Both the position numbers and the translations under genes were made by a program. The notes below the pieces were generated by a model. The model worked only from the letters and a program-made list of their open reading frames with translations. It was not told where the DNA came from and did not search any database. From the NCBI GenBank assembly GCA_023205875.1, contig CP060755.1, forward strand, positions 558,001-622,000: a stretch of DNA of 64,000 bases, given 5' to 3'. The first letter of the stretch is position 1, and each line of letters begins with the position of its first letter. This document shows, piece by piece, positions 22,366-31,751 of this stretch. Source of the stretch: Chloropicon primus (taxonomy: Eukaryota).

Positions 22366-22662
22366 TCACTCTTGTTCGCCCTTCTCTTGCTTCGTCTTCT
22401 TCCCCCCGAGCTTCTGAATGAGTGAGCTGGCCTTCTGCCCCTCGAATCCGAACTTCTTCTGGAACTGCTTGTACGCACCGTCCTCCGTCTCTACCAACGT
22501 CCTCTGCCCCGTCCAGGCTGGATGCGTCGACGGCTCTCGCGACAACACTATCTGGTCTTTCACGTTCTTCCCGGTAAACAAAGCCTTCGTTTTAAACGCA
22601 GACCCATCCTTCAGCCAAACTGTCACGGTTCTCAGCCAGGGTTGAAGACCCTTCCTCGGCAT
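22366..22662 (-). CDS. Ribosomal protein bL31 family, probably mitochondrial (bL31m)
   Basis: MPRKGLQPWL..VWLKDGSAF..EPSTHPAWTG..GAYKQFQKKFG matches the bL31 pattern (KxGxxP, DGS, HPxWTG, FxKKFG). Confidence 0.75.
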   Translation of the reverse strand: MPRKGLQPWLRTVTVWLKDGSAFKTKALFTGKNVKDQIVLSREPSTHPAWTGQRTLVETEDGAYKQFQKKFGFEGQKASSLIQKLGGKKTKQEKGEQE

Positions 22663-23307
22663 GTAACCCCCCCCCTCGTCTTCGAACCACGTGTTCACCC
22701 TCACCGTCACCGTCGCCACCGTCGCCAAGCGTTTTCCTCTCTCTCTCCGCTCCAATTTTTTTTTCAAACCCTACGACGGCTTGCACCAAAAAAAGCATTC
22801 GGCTTCAAAAGTTACGAGTCACCGAGGACCAGGACACCAATCGGGGCGTCCTTGGGCCGGAACCTTCCAAGGAAGGGACCGAGACCTCCTACGATCGTAT
22901 TCTAGACGTCTTCCTCTTTCGATAGAGCCGTCACTTGAAACGAAACGCGCATGCTTTGTCGGACGCAAGGCCCTGGTGGCCCTGGTGGCTGGGAGGCCCA
23001 CGAACGTCACTCCTCCTTGTGAGAAAATCAGTGTGAAGAGGCCGGAGAGCGAGCGAGCGGAGCGTCGAGGGGAGAGGAAGCCGAGTGTCTTTCGCGCGCG
23101 CGAGGCATGGAGGGGTGAGGGACGAGAGGCCGAGGCGACGGAGGGCTTCTTCTTCATCATCATCATCTTCTTCTTCAGCATCATCTTCGTCTTCTTCATC
23201 TTCGTCTTGTTCTTGTGTTGACGGAAGACGAAGGGGAGAGGGACGGGACGACGTTGAGTGGAGGGAGTTTTTGGGGCGCGCGATTCGCTTGCTTGCTTGG
23301 CACGCAC

Positions 23308-24432
23308 ATGCACGACGAGATGGTGCAAGTGGATCTCGAGGTCTCCGTGGGGGAGAGCGAGCTTTTTGCGTACATACTCGCAGTGCTCTACTTGAGCTTG
23401 GGGGCAACGGCACTGGTAAGTGGCCACGACGAGACGTGTTCTCTTTCTTTCTCTCTCTCTCTCTCTCTCGAGGCACACGCGAGTCGGATGAGCTCCTTCG
23501 TCGAGGAAGAGGTCTGCCTGCATGCTTGTCTTCTTCTCCGTACGCTCTCGTGACTGACTCCGCCTCCTTCACTCTCACGACGCGCTCGCTTTTGCTTTCC
23601 TTTCTCTGTGAAACGGAAACAAAACTTCTAAAAACCACCACTTCCTTTCCTTCCCCCCTTGGTTTTTTTCTTCTGCTTGCTTGCTTGGTTGGTTGCTCAG
23701 GTGCAACTCATCCGTATCCAGCTGCGTCTGCCGGAGTATGGCTGGACGACCCAGAAGGTCTTCCACCTGCTGAACGTGATGTGCTTGTTCGCGCGAGGGG
23801 CCCTGTTCTTCATCTTTCCGGACAAGTGGCTGGTGAACATCGCGGACCCACCGACCAAGCCGCTGTTCTACTACGTGACCTTCCTGCTTCCGGGGCAGAT
23901 ATACTTCACCACATACACGCTCCTGATACTGTTCTGGGCGGAGATTTACCACCAGGCGAGGTCCCTGCCCCTGAAACACCTGCGGCCGTCGTTCTTCGCG
24001 TTCAACGCCTTGGTCTACGCGGTGCCGCTCGCCATATCTGTCGCCCAGACTCGGGAGCTGGCCGCGCACAACGACCACGCGAGGGCCGTGCTCAAGTACG
24101 CGATGACGGGGGTGATGTGCGCCGTGTGGCTGAGCGCTGCGGCTGGGTTCGTGTTCTACGGAGGGAGGCTCTTCGTGATGCTGAGGAGGTTCCCGCTGGA
24201 GTCCAAGGGAAGGCGGAAGAAGCTGCAGGAGGTGGGCATGGTCGCGGGAGTGAGCACCACGTCCTTTGTGGTCAGGGCCGGGCTCTTCGCGGTCCTGGCC
24301 TTCGTGAAGACCTCGCAGTACATGCAGTTCGCTTACTTCCTCGTTGTAGAAATAGTTCCAGTGGCAATCATTTTGCTGGTGTTGAGGAAGCTCCCTCCTA
24401 AGAGGCAGGCGGACGGGTATCATAGAATCTGA
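23308..24432 (+). CDS. TOM1: Tobamovirus multiplication 1 / THH1-like multi-pass membrane protein (DUF1084) (2 exons)
   Basis: Exon1 23308-23415, intron 23416-23700. VQLIRIQLRLPEYGWTTQKVFHLLN, LILFWAEIYHQAR, MLRRFPLESKGRRKKLQEVG, RKLPPKR. Confidence 0.9.
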
Positions 24433-25454
24433 ATCAAGTAGTAGAAGTGTAAAAATCCTATCATTTTTCCCTGACGACGACGGCGACGGACCGCCGCTCC
24501 CCGAGAGAGCAGCGGCGTGAGTGCGTGCCCTCCCTCGGCGCGACAAGACAGCACCCTTGAGAAACCAATAAATTCTTGAGAAAGAAAGGGAACCGAAGAG
24601 ACAGCCCCCCAGGCTCGTTTCATTTCCACCAATTTCCATGGCTTGGCATCGTGAGACCGAACCAATCAGCCCCCCTCCGCCCCTTGGAAGAGCGGACTCG
24701 GCTTCCCTTCGTGCGGGGAACTCCCCTCTTTTGTGTTTGTGTGGGGAAGGGAACAAAACATAACAAAACAAAGCGGACGATCCTATGTGCCATGAATAAT
24801 GATGCTTGGGCCCTGCCAAAAGGTATCGCGGAAAGGCGCAGGCCCAGACGGAGCGGTTACGATCAGCACCTCCTCGAGGCGTTGTTCATCTAATCCTGGC
24901 CATCGATCAGGATCCTCTTGGCCAGCTCATCTTGGCCGGAATATCCAAAAAGCCTTCTTTTGACTGCGGCGCTGAGTCGTCCAAGACCCCCTCCCCGGGG
25001 CCAGTGCAAATTCCATGTTGATCAGAGTCTTTCCGACGACCGAAGAAACGGGGGGAGAAGTAAACATTCGATGTACGACCAAACAAAACACTTCGGAAAT
25101 ATCGAAGAACTTCAAAGTTGGAGCACCTTTTCGAGTAGATCGCGCTTGATAGGCTAGTTTCGGAAAAGTTGGAATGCGAGCGAGTGGCGTTCTGTCTCCC
25201 GCCGAATAGTAATGGAAGGTGGTGTTTGGTGGTGTTTGGTGGGGACCTGTGTGGGTGGGAGCAAGGAAGCGCTTCCCGTTCTACTTGTGAACAAGGAGGG
25301 CGGTGCTAGCGGAGGGACAAGAGGGAACCGTGCTTCAACCTTTTTGCTTGCTTGGACCACAAAACACCAGACGCACACGACCCTTCTTTCGTTGTGAAAG
25401 GCAAAGGCGCTCTCGTTTCGTTTGGAAGTCTCTTTTTTACATCTTGGAACAACC

Positions 25455-28400
25455 ATGAGTTACCTTCCGGTAAGTGGCAAGCTAGCTTGGTCGTGGGAGG
25501 AGTGAGGGGAGCCCAATCTGACAACAAAGTCTTTGCCTCTGCGCGTGTTTTGCCACCAAACAGGGAGCGAAAATATATGTCAAGCTGAACAATGCTTGGA
25601 GCCAAGCAGAGGTCGGTTCTGCCTCTGGCGGGAAGGTCACCACCACGAACGGAGACACGGTATCAGAGAAGGACTGCTGCAGTTACTCCGCGGTAGCCGC
25701 CCAGGGTTTGGACGACATGATTAACTTGGACGTCCTCCACGCGGCCTCTATTCTGCACAACCTGCAGACGAGGTTCGACGCTGATAAGATTTACACTTAC
25801 GTCGGTAGCATCCTCCTGAGTGTGAACCCGTTCAAGCCCATCTCGATATTCGGGGACGACCAGATTGAGACGTACGCCAAGGCGGACGTCATGGCGATCA
25901 AGGACGGAACCTTGAAGCCTCACATCTTTGCTGTGGCGAAGGACTCCTTCGAGCAGATGCTTCGAGACCAAAAGTCTCAGTCCGTTATCATCAGTGGAGA
26001 GTCTGGTGCGGGAAAGACTGAGGCCACAAAGTACGTCCTCAAGTACTTGACTGCCGTCAGTAGCAAGGGCGGCAGGAAGGGAGCCCAGCTGGGTGCTGAG
26101 TTGAGCCCGGTGGAGAAAATGATTATCCAGTCGTCCCCCATTCTGGAGGCTTTTGGTAACGCAAAGACCGTGAGGAACAACAACTCTTCCCGTTTCGGAA
26201 AGTACTTTGAGATCCAATTTAGCAGCGTGGGAGAAATCACGGGAGGTGTCATCACGGACTACTTGCTAGAGAAGAGTCGTGTGGTTTGCCCTGCAGAAAA
26301 CGAGAGGGGCTACCACATATTCTACTTGCTTTGCAAGGGCTGCTCTCCCGAGGAGAAGGCCAAGTACAAGCTTGACTCCTTGACTAATTTCTACTACACA
26401 AACCTTTCTGGCTGCTTCGACATCGAGAACGTCGACGAGGTGGAGGAGTACAACGCTGTCCAGCAGGCCTTCAAGGATTGCAAGATGACAAACATGGAGG
26501 TCGATGCCATCAAGAGAATTCTGTCTGCGATTTTGCATCTGGGAAACGCAAAGTTCGAGTCCCCAGAGGACGATGACCCTTGCAACTTGAGCGCGGACTG
26601 CGCCGCCTCGATCAAGGCCGTGTCCAACCTCATGGACTTCAGCGAGAGTCAGCTCTCTCACTCGCTTACCCAGAGAACCATGTCCACCGGAGGCAGGGGG
26701 TCTGTGTACAAGATCAAGCTGAAAAAGAAGGAGGCCGAGGCCGCGAGGGACGCGTTAGCGAAGCACATGTACCTCACGCTTTTCAGCTGGATCGTCAAGA
26801 AGGTGTCGGACAACATGAAGGCGGAGAAGCCACCTGCCTTCTCTATTGGAGTTCTGGATATCTTCGGGTTCGAGGTCATGCCCGTCAACTCCTTCGAGCA
26901 GCTGTGCATTAACTTTGCGAATGAGAAGCTCCATCAGCAGTTCATCCACTACGTGTTCGCGCTGGAGATGGAGGAGTACGACAAGGAGAAGCTTGGAATC
27001 ACCATCGAGTACGAGGACAACAAGGACTGCGTCGAGCTCATCGAGAAGAAGGGCACCGGTATCCTTGGAATCCTTCAGGAGCAGTGCCAGCTTGGGGCAA
27101 GAGGCTCGGATTCGGAGTTCCTCAACAACACCATTCAGGCCTACAACAAGCACAAGTACTTCATTGTGGAGAAAAGGTCCAGAACGGAGTTCTCCATCAG
27201 TCACTATGCCAACCCAGTCAAGTACGAGACCGAAGGGTTCTTGGAGAAGAACAGAGATGCGGTGAACGACGACATCAGGAGCTTGATGGACAGCACCAAG
27301 ATGCCTGAGATCAAGTCCATCATCCACAAGAAGGAGGACGGAGGGGATGCCGCCGCGGGGGCCAGAGGGCGCAGGAAGAAGGTCGCAACAGTGGCCAACA
27401 AGTTCAAGGAGTCCTTGCAGACCTTGGTCTCCGTCATCAATAGTACCACACCTCACTACGTCCGTTGCTTGAAGTCGACGGAGAAGAAAATGCCAGGCAT
27501 CTTCGATGGCGCGAACATGAACCGCCAGCTCGGTTACTCTGGAGTCCTGGAGACGATCAAGGTCCGTCTGGCCGGTTATGCGGTCAGGATGGACTACACC
27601 GACTTCGCCAAGAGGTTCGCGATTCTGGTCGGCAAAGTCAGCGGCGAGGGCAAAGCGGCTGCGTCTGAAATCTTGTCCAAGTCCAACATCGACGTGAGCG
27701 ACACCAAGGTGGTCGCCATGGGTATCACCAAAGTGTTTTTGAAGAGGGAGGCCATCCTGCTACAGCTGGAGAAGGCCAGGGAGCAATTCCTGCTGAGCTC
27801 CGTTCTTGTGATCCAGAGGTACTGGAGGCGCGAGTTCGCGAGGAGGAAGTTCCAGAAGCTCAAGGAGGAAGCCAAGAGAAAGGCAGAGGAGGAAGCGAGG
27901 AAGAGGGAGGAGGAGGAAAAGAGAAAGAGGGAGGAGGCTGAGGCAGCCAAGAGACTCCAGCAGTACGACCAGGAGGAGCAGTCCACTGGGGAAGATGAAG
28001 GAAGGGAGAGGTCCACTACGCAGCAGAACGATGCCCTCAAGAAGCTCAACACGAACAGGTCCGATGGAGCGCAGTGCACCTTCCTCAACATCAAGGACAG
28101 GGTCATGGTCCTCGGGTACACCCCCATGGCGACCAACCACAGGAACAAGGTCGACAACGAGAGCCCTGGCATCTCTATGGAGCCTGTCATGATCAAGGGC
28201 TGGCTCGCGAAGGAGGGTTCCAAGGGGTTCACCACAGGCAGATTCAACAACTGGCAGAAGAGATTCTTCGTGATGAAAAAGGACAGGATTGTCTACTACA
28301 AGGACGATTCCCTCAAGGACAAGAAGGGAGACTTCCAGCTCGAGACCTCGTCCTCTGTTTCTGAGATCCCAGAGAGCTACCACAAGAACCTCCCCACTGG

Positions 28401-29433
28401 GGTGGGCAACCACTTTTTCCAGGTGAACATCAGGGGCCGCAGCACGAAGCTTGCGTGCGACCACGAGACGGAGAAGGAGAAGTGGATGGACGGCATTTCC
28501 ACGGCCATTCTCCAGCTCAAATCCGGAATCGAGAAGGTCAAGACCGGGGCTGACTTCTCTGTACATATGCCAGACAGGTCCGTCCTCACTGCTTCTGTGA
28601 AGACCTCGAACGCCAAGGATGTCTTCCTCAAGGTCGCCACCACGGTGGCTATCCAGAAGGGCATCCAGTTCTTCTCCCTCGTCAAGGCCTACACCACCCC
28701 AGACAGGCTGGACTTCTACAACGTGTTCTCGGAGAGGGACAACGTGGCGGACTTGGGGCCATACAGGCTCGCTTTCTACAGGGTGATCTGCCTCAAGGGC
28801 AGGGACGACCTCAGCGACCCAAAGCTGCTGGCGGTCGAGTACAGCCAGACCGTGAGGGCGAACCTAATGTTCTTCGAGTACGACGAGAACGATGCGATTG
28901 AGCTCGCTGCCTTGCAGCTCAAGGTCAAGGAGGGAACCATCAACTCCGTGACCCACACCCGTGGATTCTTGAGCGAGAACCTCCACGAGTACATGCCGGA
29001 CTCCCAACTGATGAGGTACGGCGACAACGCGGAGGTCACCAACAAGTGGGAGGCAGACATCCTGAACAGGGCTGCCGAGATAGAGGACACGAAGAAGAGC
29101 ATCAACGAGTGCATGGAGGAGTACATCACGAAGTCTCAGGAGAACCCGCTTTACGGCTGCACGTTCTTCGAGGTGAGCATGATCAGGGAGGAGACGGACT
29201 ACGCGTACATCCTGGGCGTGAACAGCACGGGCCTGCACGTCATCGACAGGAAGACGAGGTCCCTCGTGGTGAGCTTCCCTTACGTTTCCATCATGAGGTG
29301 GAGCCGAAGCAGCAAGAAGTTCAACTTCACCACGCAGGGAGAGAACCATTGGACGATGCTCACCAAGCAGGGCGAGGAAATCAACAAGTTCATGGGTATC
29401 TACGTCAGGTTCCTGCTGGACAACAAGGACTAG
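25455..29433 (+). CDS. Unconventional myosin: N-terminal SH3-like, motor, 1 IQ, SAH, PH domain, FERM domain (2 exons)
   Basis: Exon1 MSYLP (25455-25469), GT-AG intron 25470-25563. Motor GESGAGKTE, LEAFGNAKTVRNNNSSRFGK, DIFGFE; IQ-like IQRYWRR; ER/K helix; PH KGWLAKEG..WQKRFFVM..EKEKWMDGI; FERM AIELAALQ..PLYGCTFF..LGVNSTGLHVID..FPYVSIMRW. Confidence 0.93.
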
Positions 29434-29723
29434 CTAGCTTGGGAGAGGGACGAAGGCTTCCTACTAGAGTAAAACATGAGAGAATAATAATTAATTTGTG
29501 AAAAGAGGAGTTATAAGATAATAGTTGACGACGACGAACGTGCTTGTGGAGGATCACATCCTTCGAGAAATCCCTCTCTCTCTTGATTACTGTTATTTGG
29601 GAGTTTTTAAAGGTGTTTTAGGATTATTGATATTATTACTACTCTACTATTCGTACATGCGAAAGCGAGCAAGCAAGCAGAGCGAGCAAGCAGAGCGAGC
29701 AAGCAGCTCTCTCTCTTTTCGTG

Positions 29724-30791
29724 TCAGGTTCCCTTGAAGAACAAGTACTCGCCATCCGCCACGGTCTCCTCGCTTTCCCTGGACCCTCCCCCGCCCTGGT
29801 CCATGCCCAGCCTCTGGTTCTTGGGGCCGCTTTCGGCCTTGGCCGCTGCTTCGCTCCCCATGTCGCCCCTCTCCACGAACCTCCTCTTCTCCCCGCTCCT
29901 GAAGTACCAGCCCATCTGCAGGAAGGGCACGAGGTGCTCCGGCAGGCTCGCGGGGGGCTTCACCTTGGAGAGCTTGAAGTACACCCCGCGGTCACTGCAC
30001 CCCTCGTCGCACTGCTCCAGCTTGCCGTCGTACACCAGGAGCTTCAGGATGCTCCTGACCTCGTCCTCGTCCAGGGCCGTGTGGAACAACTCGCTTTTCT
30101 TCACTTCTGCCGCGACCTCGCGAAAGCTGACCCTGCCCCCCTTCTCCCGGACGCTCTTGAGGCACACCCTGCTCGCCACCCCTATCATCTCCTCGTCCAG
30201 CTCGTTGTTCGTGTACCAGGCCCCCCCCGTGATCTCCTTGCTGGGCTGGACGTCAAACGCCATGTACACCTTCCTGTTCCTGTTCGTCACCCACTTGATC
30301 GACTTGATCAGCTTCCTCTGCTCGAGGAACTTGAGGATCTTCGCGACCTGCGGCTGCTGCAGCCCGGCCTTCATCTTCAAGTCCTTGGTCCAGATCCCCA
30401 TATCGCTCGAACTTTGGATGATCTGGTACACCAGCAGGTCCTCCCTCCCCAACCCCTTGAGCTTCCTCTGCTCCTCCTGCCTGTTCAGCTTGTAAAACAC
30501 TTTCCTCTTCCCGGAACCATCCGCGGCGCCGCCCTCCAGGAGCTGAATCTTGTGCTCCGCCAGCAAGTGGTTCACCACCCTCGCCAACACGTTCACGATA
30601 AACTCGTGGTCACCCAAGTACCCGTGCTCCTCCTGGAGCTTCCGTTCCAACTCCGAACTCTGCAACCCTTCTCCTTCCGCCTCCTTCAACAGGGCCACGA
30701 CGCGTTTCACCCAAACCTCGTCCGAAACCTCGGAGGAATGAGCGGCGGCCTCATCGTTGGAGGTGGTGGAGGACTTCTTCGACCTCCCCAT
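29724..30791 (-). CDS. POLR3F: RNA polymerase III subunit RPC34/RPC6
   Basis: LVYQIIQSSSDMGIWTKDLK, ILKFLEQRKLIKSIK, NRKVYM, PSKEITGGAWY, LLVYDGKLE. Confidence 0.92.
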   Translation of the reverse strand: MGRSKKSSTTSNDEAAAHSSEVSDEVWVKRVVALLKEAEGEGLQSSELERKLQEEHGYLGDHEFIVNVLARVVNHLLAEHKIQLLEGGAADGSGKRKVFYKLNRQEEQRKLKGLGREDLLVYQIIQSSSDMGIWTKDLKMKAGLQQPQVAKILKFLEQRKLIKSIKWVTNRNRKVYMAFDVQPSKEITGGAWYTNNELDEEMIGVASRVCLKSVREKGGRVSFREVAAEVKKSELFHTALDEDEVRSILKLLVYDGKLEQCDEGCSDRGVYFKLSKVKPPASLPEHLVPFLQMGWYFRSGEKRRFVERGDMGSEAAAKAESGPKNQRLGMDQGGGGSRESEETVADGEYLFFKGT

Positions 30792-31016
30792 CCGTCGTCG
30801 TCCGTCGTAGTTGCTGTCCGTCGTCCGTTGTCCGTCGCCGTCTGCGCTGGTGCCTCGCGCGCGCGCTCTCTCAGCCTCGCCGGAATTGTCCCGATCGACA
30901 ATTCATCGGGAGACGTGCGATGGCGATGCTCTGGCGAAAGGTCATCGGACCGATACTATCGGTTGATTCATCGCATCATGAACATGAAACACATCAAGCC
31001 AGATTGCATCGAACAC

Positions 31017-31018
<2 letters not shown>

Positions 31019-31051
<33 letters not shown>
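31019..31051. repeat. (CT)n microsatellite
   Basis: Direct read. Confidence 0.9.
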
Positions 31052-31053
<2 letters not shown>

Positions 31054-31428
31054 GCCTGATCGTCAACACCAACCAAAGAAGAGGACACTGGCAAGGACCG
31101 GAACTTCCTCCGAGTTCCAGGAAGTTGCGACGTCGTCGTCCAAAGGGGACACCCCTCTGCTAGATGAGCCGCGACTCCCTGCAGACTTGCGAACTTACAA
31201 ACTCTTCGATCAAGTGCCGGTCCAATCGAGCTGACCTCAGTCTTCTTGCTCGTGTGATCGATCAAAGTGCGATCAGGAGGTTGAGGAGCCAAGGGGGTAT
31301 ACTTTGCTTTGCGCTGGGGATCTGAGGCCGTCTCTTCGTGCGGCGCGATGCTTTCGACAGAGAGACAGACAGAGAGAGAGAGAGAGGAGGAGAGGACGAG
31401 GAGGAGAGGAGGAGGAGGTGGAGAGGAC

Positions 31429-31436
31429 AAAAAAAA
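31429..31436 (-). terminator. Pol III oligo(T) terminator of the tRNA gene
   Basis: T8 on the minus strand, 7 nt after the discriminator base. Confidence 0.75.
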
Positions 31437-31443
31437 GGGGGCA

Positions 31444-31544
31444 AGCGCTATACGGGATTTGCACCCGCGACCACCTGCGTACTCCTCTCCGCATCAAGGG
31501 ACGCGAGCCGGAAACAGATACTCTTTCTACTGAGCTAATAGCGC
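31444..31544 (-). tRNA. tRNA-Arg(CCG) with a 28-nt intron at the canonical 37/38 position (31480-31507)
   Basis: Minus strand: acceptor GCGCTAT/ATAGCGC (perfect), D-arm GCTC-AGTAGAAA-GAGT, anticodon stem TCTGT/GCAGG, loop TT-CCG-G, variable TGGTC, T-arm GCGGG-TGCAAAT-CCCGT. The intron carries CGGA, complementary to the anticodon. T8 terminator downstream. Confidence 0.85.
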
Positions 31545-31552
31545 GTAATCGG

Positions 31553-31632
31553 GGGGTCGAACCTCCGACATTTCACCAGCATTTCTTTGCCGAAGAACAA
31601 CATTTCTTCAAAGAATTTACCAATATGTACCT
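31553..31632 (-). promoter_or_regulatory. Putative upstream Pol III A-box/B-box leader abutting the tRNA 5' end
   Basis: B-box GGTTCGACCCC (31563-31553) inside a T-arm-like hairpin; A-box-like AGGTACATATTGG (31632-31620); no T4 run in between. Confidence 0.5.
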
Positions 31633-31751
31633 TTCCTTCGCCCCCGAACCAACCCCGCTCGCTCGGCGGCGAAGGCGAAGCGAGGCAAGAGCGATCGGTC
31701 GATCGGCGGTCTCTTGCTCTACGCAGCCGAACAAGAGAACAAGAACATAAT

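Noticed and set aside
31305..31330. GCTTTGCGCTGGGG resembling the U4 snRNA 5' end
   Set aside because: The similarity does not extend; there is no Sm site or U4 stem-loops downstream.
31444..31570. Permuted tRNA gene (3' half upstream of the 5' half)
   Set aside because: The 5' half has its own downstream T-arm and a perfectly complementary acceptor strand (ATAGCGC). The upstream T-arm has no matching acceptor strand.
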